A stretch of 64,000 nt of DNA, taken from the NCBI GenBank assembly GCA_019090455.1, contig JAHRWA010000008.1, forward strand, positions 8,083 to 72,082, written 5' to 3'. Source of the DNA: Pseudomonadales bacterium (GTDB lineage Bacteria > Pseudomonadota > Gammaproteobacteria > Pseudomonadales > DC-out160). The notes under the pieces were generated by a model. The model did not search any database. It was not told where the DNA came from and saw nothing but the letters and a program-made list of their open reading frames with translations. Each line of letters opens with the position of its first letter. Positions within the stretch are counted from its first letter, which is position 1. This document shows, in pieces, positions 46,410 to 55,332 of the stretch. A program made the translations under genes and the position numbers.

Positions 46410-46845
46410 AACGTGAACCTTGAAGGTTTGGATAAAGATGAGCGTAACACCGAAGTAGCTAAAGTCTTTAATCTCTGGCGGGGGAGGTAAACCTAAAGCT
46501 ATCTAATATAGTGTGGACCAGTTGAGAGTTTACGGCGACTGCAGGTTGGCGCGTTGTGCGGTGGATCAAACTTTTCAAATTGTTGAAAGCCTATTTTTCG
46601 ATAGTGAGAAGCTTGTCAATATTTGAATGATGATGAGACCATGGGTTAACGGCTCTGATGGAACTGGTATCTGTGGATACTATCAGGTGAGTTCTGAGTG
46701 GCTAGATGTCTTTTGTTGGGAATGCCACGGTGTTGACAAAGCCGTGTAACTAGAGCATAAACCTGCTTGGCGAGTGTCTGGATTACAGTGGCTTCAATAG
46801 GGTTTTAAGGCTCTTTTGAATCGTCTAAAAGGGACTAGTTCATCC

Positions 46846-46874
46846 ACCTATGTTTCATCGACCTATGTTTCATC
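46846..46874. repeat. Two tandem direct repeats (15-bp period) upstream of the thiolase gene
   Basis: ACCTATGTTTCATC occurs at 46846-46859 and again at 46861-46874, 66-94 bp upstream of the ATG at 46940. Confidence 0.8.
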
Positions 46875-46939
46875 CACTTGTAGGTCAGCGATCGAACAAT
46901 AATTGATAATAATATTGAACAAAAATGAGGGTCAAGGAA

Positions 46940-48184
46940 ATGAGTGAAGTTTGGATAATTGATACAGCTCGTACACCAAGGGGCATCGGTAAAGTCGGGA
47001 AGGGCGCACTTGCCCACATTCATTCCCAGCGTCTATTTTCTACCGTGTTAAAAGCGTTGGCAGAAAGAAACAGCCTTAACACCGAAGAGGTGGATGATGT
47101 TATTGCCGGTTGTGGAATGCAGAGCGGAAATCAGGGCAGTTGTATTGCTCGGATGTCACTTTTGGATGCAGGCTGGAGTGTTAAAACACCCGGTATTGCG
47201 GTTGAGCGTTTTTGTGGTTCCGGTTTGAGTGCTGTGAACTTAGGTATTATGGGTATCATGTCAGGCATGCAAGATTTGGTTGTGGCTGGCGGTGTTGAAT
47301 CCATGTCTCATATGATGGAAACGGCAGCAAAGAATCCAATGGGTAGTGCGTTTATCGATTCCGGTAATTTACATCTGCGTGAAATGTATCCTCAGCCTCA
47401 TCAAGGAATATGTGCCGATTTAATTGCCACCTTAGAAGGCATTTCTCGTGAAGAAACGGAACTGCTCGCTGTTGAGACTCAAAAACGTGCAGCGCACGCG
47501 ATTGAGAATGGTTATTTCGATAAGAGCCTAGTCACTGTTTATAATGATGATGGCAGTGTGGCGTTAGATAAAGAAGAATTCCCTCGTCCTGGAACCACAG
47601 CAGAATCCTTAGCCGGTCTGAAGCCGTCTTTTGCTGGTTTGTATGCGATGCCTCTTGATGCGGAAGGATTAAGTTATAAGAAGCTAGTGGAAAGAACGTA
47701 TCCTGATCTTGATATTAAGCACATTCACCACGGTGGTAATTCTTCAGGTGTTGTGGACGGTGCTGGTGCGGTGGTATTGGCTTCTCCTGAATACGCCAAA
47801 GCCCATGGCTTAAAGCCACGAGCGAAAATTATCACCGTGACAACTGCGGGAGATACTCCACAGTTGATGCTGAATGCACCGGTTCCGGCGGCTAAGAAGG
47901 CATTAGCGAAAGCGAAGATGAAGTTAAGTGATATTGATTTGATTGAAATCAACGAAGCTTTTGCCGCTGTTCCTATCAAATTTATGCGTGATTTAGATCT
48001 TGATGGCAGCAACGTGAATGTAAATGGTGGTGCTATGGCGCTAGGCCATCCGATTGGTGCGACAGGTGCGATGTTAGTCGGTACTGTGTTAGATGAATTG
48101 GAACGACGTGATTTATCTACTGGATTGATAACGCTCTGTACTGGTGGCGGAATGGCTCCAGCGACGATCATAGAGCGAGTGTAA
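46940..48184 (+). CDS. Acetyl-CoA C-acyltransferase (thiolase)
   Basis: The sequence begins MSEVWIIDTARTPRG. The active-site Cys lies in ERFCGSGL, and the C-terminal motifs are NVNGGAMALGHPIGATG and LCTGGGMA. Confidence 0.9.
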   Translation: MSEVWIIDTARTPRGIGKVGKGALAHIHSQRLFSTVLKALAERNSLNTEEVDDVIAGCGMQSGNQGSCIARMSLLDAGWSVKTPGIAVERFCGSGLSAVNLGIMGIMSGMQDLVVAGGVESMSHMMETAAKNPMGSAFIDSGNLHLREMYPQPHQGICADLIATLEGISREETELLAVETQKRAAHAIENGYFDKSLVTVYNDDGSVALDKEEFPRPGTTAESLAGLKPSFAGLYAMPLDAEGLSYKKLVERTYPDLDIKHIHHGGNSSGVVDGAGAVVLASPEYAKAHGLKPRAKIITVTTAGDTPQLMLNAPVPAAKKALAKAKMKLSDIDLIEINEAFAAVPIKFMRDLDLDGSNVNVNGGAMALGHPIGATGAMLVGTVLDELERRDLSTGLITLCTGGGMAPATIIERV

Positions 48185-48203
48185 GGCTCTAAGTGTGATA
48201 ATA

Positions 48204-48237
48204 AAAAAGGGCGAAGAATTCTTCGCCCTTTTTTTTG
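48204..48237. terminator. Bidirectional terminator between the thiolase and enoyl-CoA hydratase genes
   Basis: AAAAAGGGCGAAGAATTCTTCGCCCTTTTTT is a perfect palindromic stem flanked by A- and T-runs. Confidence 0.9.
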
Positions 48238-48266
48238 CAACTCATTTTATCCCTATCCCTTATGTC

Positions 48267-49043
48267 TTATGCATTTTTCCATACGGGTTTGCGTTTTTCC
48301 AAGAACGCGGTGGTACCTTCTTTTTGGTCCTCTCTATCAAATAGTGCAACAAAGCCTTCCCGTTCCATTGCTAAGGAACCGTCCATAGGCTTGTCTCGGC
48401 CTAATTGGATGAGAGTCTTGCAAGTGGCAACACTGCTGGGGCTTTGTTTCTCTACTTGCGCAGCCAGTGCCAGGGCGGTTTCAAGCGCCTTGCCGGTTTC
48501 TACGACCTCTTCTACTAATCCGATTCGCAAGGCTTGTTCCGCATTCAGGCGTTCGCCGCAAAGTATCATGCGCTTTGCCCAGCCTTCGCCGATTAGGTGA
48601 GGCAGTATTTGCGTACCATGGCCGGCGGGAAGTAGTCCCACTGAGGCTTCAGGTAATGCCATATTGACCTGCTCTTCTGCGATACGGGTATCGCAAGCTA
48701 GAGCCGCTTCTAGTCCACCACCCATCGCCCAGCCATTGATCGCTGCAATACTGACACCGCGAAAGTGAGATAGGGCTTCAAATGCTTCGCCAAATAACAG
48801 GGCGATGACGGCAGCATTACCCTTGTCACCATCGGCAAACATATTGAGATCCGCACCTGCACAGAAGAATTTTTTGCCGGCTCCGGTAATGATGAGGCAA
48901 TAGATTTCCTTGTTTTCATTTAGAGTGTGGACAATTTTGGGTAACGCTTGGAGGCTCTCTTTGGTCCAAGTATTGGCACCGGGGTTATCCATGGTAATAA
49001 TCGCGGTATGACCGTGAATTTCGAGTTTGAGTAATTCACTCAT
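48267..49043 (-). CDS. Enoyl-CoA hydratase/isomerase (crotonase family)
   Basis: The 258-aa protein has FCAGADL and GGGLEAALACD motifs. Confidence 0.88.
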   Translation of the reverse strand: MSELLKLEIHGHTAIITMDNPGANTWTKESLQALPKIVHTLNENKEIYCLIITGAGKKFFCAGADLNMFADGDKGNAAVIALLFGEAFEALSHFRGVSIAAINGWAMGGGLEAALACDTRIAEEQVNMALPEASVGLLPAGHGTQILPHLIGEGWAKRMILCGERLNAEQALRIGLVEEVVETGKALETALALAAQVEKQSPSSVATCKTLIQLGRDKPMDGSLAMEREGFVALFDREDQKEGTTAFLEKRKPVWKNA

Positions 49044-49066
49044 GACAGTTATCTCCGAATTTGAGT

Positions 49067-49843
49067 TTATTTAGGCTGCATTCTTAAGGCGCCATCTAAT
49101 CGGATGGTCTCACCATTGATATAAGCATTTTCAGCCAGGTGTACGATAAGAGAGGCATATTCTTCCGGTAGCCCCAGGCGCTTTGGAAATTGTATGTTAG
49201 AGACTAGACTTTCTTGCACTTTTTCAGGCATACCGAGAAGCATGGGAGTGCCCATGGTGCCGGGTGCGATAGCATTCACTCGAATGCCAAGGTGAGCAAG
49301 ATCCCGAGCCATAGGAACGTTCAAAGCAAGTATTCCCCCTTTACTGGCAGCATAGGCGGCTTGTCCAATTTGACCTTCATAACCTGCCACTGACGAAGTG
49401 TTAACGATGAGCCCACGTTCGCCCGCTTCACCGATGGGATCATTTTGTGCCATGGCTGAGGCGGCAACTCGAGCGACGTTAAATGAGCCTACCAGATTGA
49501 TATCGATGACATTCTGAAAATCTTCCAACGGAAGTGGATTGTTAGTGCGGTCAAGTGTGCGTTTGGCGGGGGCGATCCCGGCGCAATTGACACAGAGATG
49601 AACCGCTCCCCAATGATCCATCACGGCTTTAACTGCCTTCTCGATAGATTCTGCATTGCGTACATCAACTTGATAAAAGGCGGCGTTGTCATTGCCTAAT
49701 TCAGCAACGACTTTAGCGCCTTGTTCGGCATTAATGTCAAAAACGGCGACTTTAGCCCCTTTGGCGATAAGACTTTTAGCGGTGGCATTCCCCAGCCCAG
49801 AACAAGCTCCGGTTACGATGGCAATTTTTTGATTGATATCCAC
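49067..49843 (-). CDS. Short-chain dehydrogenase, 3-hydroxyacyl-CoA dehydrogenase type
   Basis: A GTG start lies 5 nt after AGGAG. The protein has TGACSGLG and YAASKGG. The track ORF carries an implausible 21-codon AT-rich extension. Confidence 0.85.
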   Translation of the reverse strand: MDINQKIAIVTGACSGLGNATAKSLIAKGAKVAVFDINAEQGAKVVAELGNDNAAFYQVDVRNAESIEKAVKAVMDHWGAVHLCVNCAGIAPAKRTLDRTNNPLPLEDFQNVIDINLVGSFNVARVAASAMAQNDPIGEAGERGLIVNTSSVAGYEGQIGQAAYAASKGGILALNVPMARDLAHLGIRVNAIAPGTMGTPMLLGMPEKVQESLVSNIQFPKRLGLPEEYASLIVHLAENAYINGETIRLDGALRMQPK

Positions 49844-50029
49844 AATGACTCCTTGGTATAGACAATATAGGTTTATATATAGGTATATATAAATAGGTAT
49901 AGACAATTGGGTTTGTTTAGACGACCTGTATTAAATCGTCGGCAATAATACCCAAAATTGTCTTATATAGCATGTGTTGAGTCAGTGAACTCGAAAGACA
50001 GGAGAATGTAGTGGATGCATCGATGGAAT

Positions 50030-51502
50030 TTAAAAAACGCCGCTAATCGCCAACGAATAGACAGCGTTGTGGCTGCCGGGATTGGTTAGAAAGAAGCCGT
50101 TTGTTCCTTTGAAATGCTCATAGTGGGCGATTTCAAGTTTTGCTCTCAGATTCGTGTTTATCCAATAATTGGTGCCGACGGTATAAGAGTGGTATGTCAC
50201 TAACACTCCGGCGTCCTTGAGTAGATCAACCAGTATCCCTCCGACGGGAGAACCAATTCGATCACTCATAGTGCTCACCACATTTTTGGTAATGTCTGAA
50301 GTGACAAAACTACCAATTGAAAAATACGGTAACCATTTCTCTAATCTATGTCCATAGAGGATGTAACCCCCAGGACCTAATGGATTTAGGTAACCGGTTG
50401 TTTTTACTTCGCCGTATTCAGCGATGACCAAAGAGATTCCGTTGTCATATTTGAGTGCTAAATTAGTGTATTCTCCCTTCCAGCTCTCAGGTGTATAGAG
50501 CTCTCCAATCGATGGGTCGATGGAAAGCAAATTGTCTATATAATCGAAGGCGACTGACAGAGTGTCCACACCCGCGCAATCGACAGCGTCAAAGTCAAAA
50601 TTTGAGCCAGCTATGACCTCATCAATATGTGTTGTGACAGTGTCTTCATCGCAAGGTCGGTTGGCGGCAAAGCCAGCGTTTGTGGAGAGGTAGCTAAAGT
50701 GAAATTGAAAATCGCCAAGATTATAGTTCAATGAAATGCCTTTGATATCGGCCAAAGACAGGGTCGCATCAATGAGTAAGGCTACTGAGTTCTGTCCGCT
50801 GCCAACAAATACAGAGGCGCGTCCATAGCCATTGCCGATGCTAAACCGTTTTTCCAATGTTGCGCCCTCGTATCCTGACATGGGGAGGGTATATATTTCT
50901 ATGGGAGGGCGTACCCAAGGGTAGGTGAACCCTACATCAACGGATTCCGATAATAAGAAAAAGGGAACTCTGAGCCTTCCTGCCTTAATCGTAGTGTTGT
51001 TTGTTAATTCATAACTAAAGTAGGCCCATTCCGTTTTTACGGTGTGACTAAGATCGTAACCAACGGTGGTCATTTGATGGGTATATCGTGTTTTATTGTT
51101 TATGCTAGCGTCTAGTTGTAGTCCAACAATGGCGTCCGATTGGAAGTTAGGTTCATCTCCAATTTCTTGGTTTTCTTGCTCCAAGCGAATTTTTGATTTG
51201 CCATCAGTCGTTGCGACACCTGCGGTGAAAAAGCCTCGGATTTTTAGTGCTTGTTCCTTTTTTCGTAATCGGCGAAACGCCTTTTTTGTTGTGCGTTTAT
51301 TCTTCTGTATTTGTGTCTTAAGTTCTTGGTATTTTAGATGTAGTGCCTGTAGCTCTTGTTCAAGTCGCTTTTCAATTTGTTGTGGTTGAACCGGGTTTGC
51401 GTCTGCTGCTGAATAGGCTGTTGGCCATAAGAAGAAACAGCACAAGCTGAAAAATAGTGTTTTCTTTTTTCTGTGTTTTCGGTGATCCATTATTGTATTC
51501 AC
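50030..51502 (-). CDS. Outer-membrane porin-like beta-barrel with an N-terminal coiled-coil extension (paralog of 52369-53499)
   Basis: A signal peptide is followed by a basic heptad segment (QIEKRLEQELQALHLKYQELKTQIQ) and then alternating beta-strand sequence that ends ...YSLAISGVF. It shares TEWAYFSYELTNNTTIKAGRLRVPFFLLSESVDVGFTYPWVRPPIEIYT with its paralog. Confidence 0.65.
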   Translation of the reverse strand: MNTIMDHRKHRKKKTLFFSLCCFFLWPTAYSAADANPVQPQQIEKRLEQELQALHLKYQELKTQIQKNKRTTKKAFRRLRKKEQALKIRGFFTAGVATTDGKSKIRLEQENQEIGDEPNFQSDAIVGLQLDASINNKTRYTHQMTTVGYDLSHTVKTEWAYFSYELTNNTTIKAGRLRVPFFLLSESVDVGFTYPWVRPPIEIYTLPMSGYEGATLEKRFSIGNGYGRASVFVGSGQNSVALLIDATLSLADIKGISLNYNLGDFQFHFSYLSTNAGFAANRPCDEDTVTTHIDEVIAGSNFDFDAVDCAGVDTLSVAFDYIDNLLSIDPSIGELYTPESWKGEYTNLALKYDNGISLVIAEYGEVKTTGYLNPLGPGGYILYGHRLEKWLPYFSIGSFVTSDITKNVVSTMSDRIGSPVGGILVDLLKDAGVLVTYHSYTVGTNYWINTNLRAKLEIAHYEHFKGTNGFFLTNPGSHNAVYSLAISGVF

Positions 51503-51565
51503 TATTCGTCGGTTCTCTTTAATTGTAGTACTCTCATATTCTAAAATATTTCGGCTTAATTTTAA

Positions 51566-52117
51566 TCAGTCTGAATTCAAAGTGGGTAATGTGAGCAGCA
51601 CTTTGACTTTATTGCCCGTGTCTTCTGTATTTACATACCCAATGTAATTCAATTCTTCAGAAATTATGTCGATAACATCCTCAGCGGATTCGGCAACGGG
51701 AGGGGGAATTCCCTTGCCTGTAAAAATCAGTCTTGACCAATAGGCTTTCATTTGCATGGCTGATTTTTTCGTCATTGATAAATAAAAATCATTTCTTAGG
51801 CTATTGCCGTTCGGCATATCAATTGGTTTTAGGCTCGTGCCATTGAGACGATTGGTTTTTGCAAGGAATAATGCTGAGACTTCTTTGGCCGTGACTACGC
51901 TCAATGAGCTATCTTTGTTCACGATAATTGCAATATCTGCGAAACTAGTATTTGGCAAAAAAGAAAGCGAGAGCGTAACAAGGCCAATTAAAATGCAGTG
52001 GTTGAGGAAACAATAGAATCCTATGCCATAGCACCGCAATCGGTCGCGTAACTGGAAAAGGTTTTTTCGAGAGAATAAAATGGAGAGCTCAGTCTTCATA
52101 TAGCTAAAGTGGTACAA
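51566..52117 (-). CDS. Small periplasmic PstS/PBP-like protein (paralog of 53576-54007)
   Basis: ADIAIIVNKDSSL..VTAKEV.ALFL.K........LKPID.........F........SAMQMKAYWSRLIFTGKG.PP resembles the N-lobe of phosphate-binding proteins. The start codon is uncertain because the N-terminal region is long. Confidence 0.55.
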   Translation of the reverse strand: MYHFSYMKTELSILFSRKNLFQLRDRLRCYGIGFYCFLNHCILIGLVTLSLSFLPNTSFADIAIIVNKDSSLSVVTAKEVSALFLAKTNRLNGTSLKPIDMPNGNSLRNDFYLSMTKKSAMQMKAYWSRLIFTGKGIPPPVAESAEDVIDIISEELNYIGYVNTEDTGNKVKVLLTLPTLNSD

Positions 52118-52368
52118 GTGAAGATAGCATTTTATGTATTGTTGTCAATTTTACAAAATGTGATCAACTTGCTGAAGTGATAATGCAGGGTTTGGACATT
52201 TAAAATGGTTTGACTAAAATGGCTGTACTATATCTATTCTGTACTACTCTTGTGCTTATCTGAATAAATTAGTGCTGTGGAGTGGTTAGATAAATTAGAG
52301 ATACTTGTATCGTATGATCTTTGGTTATACTGGAGTTAATGGAATTAGGCGGAAACTAAAATAGAACA

Positions 52369-53499
52369 ATGATGAATAGAATCAAACTTGTTAATACTAT
52401 CTTTTGTAAACTCAGATTCTGCAGTGCCAAGTTCTTACTGAAGACATCCATGTTATTTCCCTTGGCCCTCTGTGCTCAGGGTGTTGCCGCAGAGTCCATT
52501 CAAATAAGTGGCTTTTTTTCTACGGGTGTGACAAATGTTGATAAGGAAAATATCGTTCTTACTGCAAAAAATATAGAACGTAAGACTAATTATCTTGCGG
52601 ATACTGTTTTCGGATTACAACTCGATTCCTTGCTTTCAAATGAGGCGCGATTTTCAGCGCAGTTGGTTGCGAAAGATAAGTCCAATAGCTTTAATCTTGA
52701 AGCTGAATGGTTGTTCATCTCTTATCAACTATCACAGAACTACGAATTGCGAGCCGGGAGATTGCGTATTCCTCTTTTCTTGACATCGGAAACTATATTA
52801 GTGGGGCAATCCTATAATTGGGTGCGACCCCCTTTAGAGTTGTACACCCTGGACTCTGGTTTAAGTCAGTACAATGGGTTCAGTACCATTCATAGTGTTG
52901 TTTTGGGTCAGGCATCGATTGAAACTGAATTTTATATTGGGCAAACAGTGGGTGAAATTGATCTTGGTTTTGTTGCGGACTTTAGTAGTGATCATTTGTA
53001 TGGGGTTCAGTTCAGCTATTCCACCGATAATCTTATTATTCGAGCTTCTCGATCTGAATTTACAGCATCGGTCGAGGGTACGCTTAGTATTGAAGACATA
53101 GAGATTCAAATACTGCAAGTGACAAGTGCTTCGTTCAGTATCTTAGGTGCTAGTTATCGTTCTGGAAATTGGGGTGTGATATCGGAAATAGGTCGAATGG
53201 AAACTGAGAATCAGGGTCAAACGACGGCTTATTATTTGACGATTAGCCATAATTTCAATCGTCTAATGCCTTTGTTTACCTATGGTGCGAATAAGACCTC
53301 ATCAAGTTTTGCGAGTCATAAAGGCGATTCTCTTTCTCTTGGAGTTAAATACAACTTTAATGAAACGGCATCTATGAAGACAGAAGTACTGTATGGCGAA
53401 CTGTTGGATGGTCGCTCTTTACTGCTAGGGACTTCTTTGAAATCGGACTTTGATGAAAAAGTGACTATGTATAGTATGACGCTGAATTTAATTTTTTAG
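52369..53499 (+). CDS. Outer-membrane porin-like beta-barrel (paralog of 50030-51502, without the coiled coil)
   Basis: AEWLFISYQLSQNYELRAGRLRIPLFLTSETILVGQSYNWVRPPLELYT is shared with the paralog. The protein ends ...MTLNLIF. Confidence 0.65.
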   Translation: MMNRIKLVNTIFCKLRFCSAKFLLKTSMLFPLALCAQGVAAESIQISGFFSTGVTNVDKENIVLTAKNIERKTNYLADTVFGLQLDSLLSNEARFSAQLVAKDKSNSFNLEAEWLFISYQLSQNYELRAGRLRIPLFLTSETILVGQSYNWVRPPLELYTLDSGLSQYNGFSTIHSVVLGQASIETEFYIGQTVGEIDLGFVADFSSDHLYGVQFSYSTDNLIIRASRSEFTASVEGTLSIEDIEIQILQVTSASFSILGASYRSGNWGVISEIGRMETENQGQTTAYYLTISHNFNRLMPLFTYGANKTSSSFASHKGDSLSLGVKYNFNETASMKTEVLYGELLDGRSLLLGTSLKSDFDEKVTMYSMTLNLIF

Positions 53500-53575
53500 C
53501 GCTTTTAATATTCTAAAGTATCTAATTTTCTAGAACATTTGATAATTGTTGTGTAGTGAGGAGAAAAAGAAGTAG

Positions 53576-54007
53576 ATGAGAAAGAAGGTGATCGTATTTT
53601 TGATATTGTTTAGTTCCCTTTTTGTTACCCTACCCGTGGTGGCAGATATTGCTGTTATTGTGAATACGAATAATGTAACGGAAACTATGTCAGTGCCTGA
53701 TCTTAAAAATATTTATAATGTACGAAAATCTCGATTTGTTGATAATAGCCCGATTATTCTTTCGTATCAGAATGGAGAGAATGAGATTTCTAAGCGATTC
53801 TTCGAGCTTGTCGTCGGCCGGTCTATGATGCAGCTCAATCGGTTTTGGGCAACAAAAATATTTTCTGGAAGAATGTTGCGGCCAATTAAACTGGCTGATG
53901 ATCAATTGGTTATTCAGTGGATATCAGAAAATACAAATGGTATTGGGTATATAGATGTAACAAGCCTAACCGATAAGGTAAAGGCGATAGCCCTTATTTC
54001 TGAATAA
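53576..54007 (+). CDS. Small periplasmic PstS/PBP-like protein
   Basis: A signal peptide is followed by ADIAVIVNTNN..ETMSVPDLKNIY........DNSPI.........F......RSMMQLNRFWATKIFSGR, which is colinear with 51566-52117. Confidence 0.6.
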   Translation: MRKKVIVFLILFSSLFVTLPVVADIAVIVNTNNVTETMSVPDLKNIYNVRKSRFVDNSPIILSYQNGENEISKRFFELVVGRSMMQLNRFWATKIFSGRMLRPIKLADDQLVIQWISENTNGIGYIDVTSLTDKVKAIALISE

Positions 54008-54205
54008 CAATTTCAGATTAACTACCACTGATAAAATATAGAATAAGGTAGCTAAATATCATGTTGAGATGGTAGCTACTTGTCTTGATAGAATCCCCTC
54101 CTTTTTTTCTTAAATATAGGTACTTTATTGTTAGTGTTTAACGGTCGAGTCTGTAGACTGTTAATGGATTTCTTTCCGCTACTGTGATGACGGTTTTTTA
54201 ATATT

Positions 54206-55246
54206 ATGATCAAAGACAATGAAATTTCCCCCATAACCAGGCTGTTGGTAGATCTTGCTGCATTTATTGTGGTGGTTGCAGGAATGAAAGCAGCACAACC
54301 GATATTGGTTCCTTTTCTTCTTTCCGCTTTTATTGCAGTGACGTGCGCGCCTTTAGTGTCTTGGCTAAATCGGCACCGAGTTCCCACCTCATTATCTGTG
54401 ATTTTAGTGGTGTTTGGTTTGCTGGGCTGTGGATTATTGATCGCAGTGTTTATTGGTAGTTCTCTCAACGATTTTTCACAATCACTGCCAATATATCAGG
54501 CTCGATTACAGGAGGAATTATCAGGTTTGCTTGGTGTGCTATCAGAGGTTGGCATTGAAATCTCAAATGAAACCATTCTTGAGTATTTTGATCCGGGCAT
54601 GGCGATGGAGATGGTTGCGAGTACTTTGTCCGGTCTCGGGGGGGCTTTAACAAACGCTTTTCTTATCATATTAACGGTCGTTTTTATTCTGATGGAAGCG
54701 TCTGGCTTACCCAAGAAACTAAAAAGAGCGTTACATGATCCGGTTGCATCATTACAGGGTTTTGATGAGTTTGCGATTGGTGTGAATCGTTATTTGGTGA
54801 TCAAGACAGTGGTTAGTGTTATTACCGGATTGGTGATTGCGGGTTGGTTGTGGATGCTCGATATCGATTACCCTTTCTTGTGGGGGCTTGTGGCTTTTCT
54901 GCTGAATTATGTTCCGAATATTGGCTCCATCATTGCGGCGATTCCCGCTGTTTTATTGGGATTCGTCCAATACGGGATAACTATCGCGGGGTTGGCTGCG
55001 TTGGGTTATGTGTTTGCGAATATCGTGATGGGTAATATTATTGAACCTAGGTATATGGGACGTGGCTTAGGTTTGTCTACATTAGTGGTCTTCTTATCTT
55101 TAGTTTTTTGGGGGTGGGTGCTCGGGCCTGTTGGAATGTTATTGTCAATTCCATTGACTATGATTGTTCGAATTGCGTTGGATAACAATGAGGAAACGCG
55201 GTGGATTTCTGTATTGCTTGGTCCGGAATCAGGGAGTAAAGTGTAG
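54206..55246 (+). CDS. AI-2E family transporter (PerM/YhhT-like permease)
   Basis: The 346-aa polytopic protein has LLNYVPNIGSIIAAIPAVLL and P.YMGRGLGLS..VVFLSL.FWGW.LGPVG motifs. Confidence 0.8.
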   Translation: MIKDNEISPITRLLVDLAAFIVVVAGMKAAQPILVPFLLSAFIAVTCAPLVSWLNRHRVPTSLSVILVVFGLLGCGLLIAVFIGSSLNDFSQSLPIYQARLQEELSGLLGVLSEVGIEISNETILEYFDPGMAMEMVASTLSGLGGALTNAFLIILTVVFILMEASGLPKKLKRALHDPVASLQGFDEFAIGVNRYLVIKTVVSVITGLVIAGWLWMLDIDYPFLWGLVAFLLNYVPNIGSIIAAIPAVLLGFVQYGITIAGLAALGYVFANIVMGNIIEPRYMGRGLGLSTLVVFLSLVFWGWVLGPVGMLLSIPLTMIVRIALDNNEETRWISVLLGPESGSKV

Positions 55247-55332
55247 ATCATCTAGATATAAAAAATATTCCACTAGCAGTACTTGAGGTCAAACGGACTC
55301 GAAGGGAGTGGTGAAATACGGAATGGAATTTG

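Noticed and set aside
54076-54714. Minus-strand ORFs (54076-54468, 54465-54653, 54496-54714) and the small plus-strand ORF 54453-54650
   Set aside because: They overlap the well-supported AI-2E transporter gene or its upstream region and have no motifs. I treat them as shadow ORFs.
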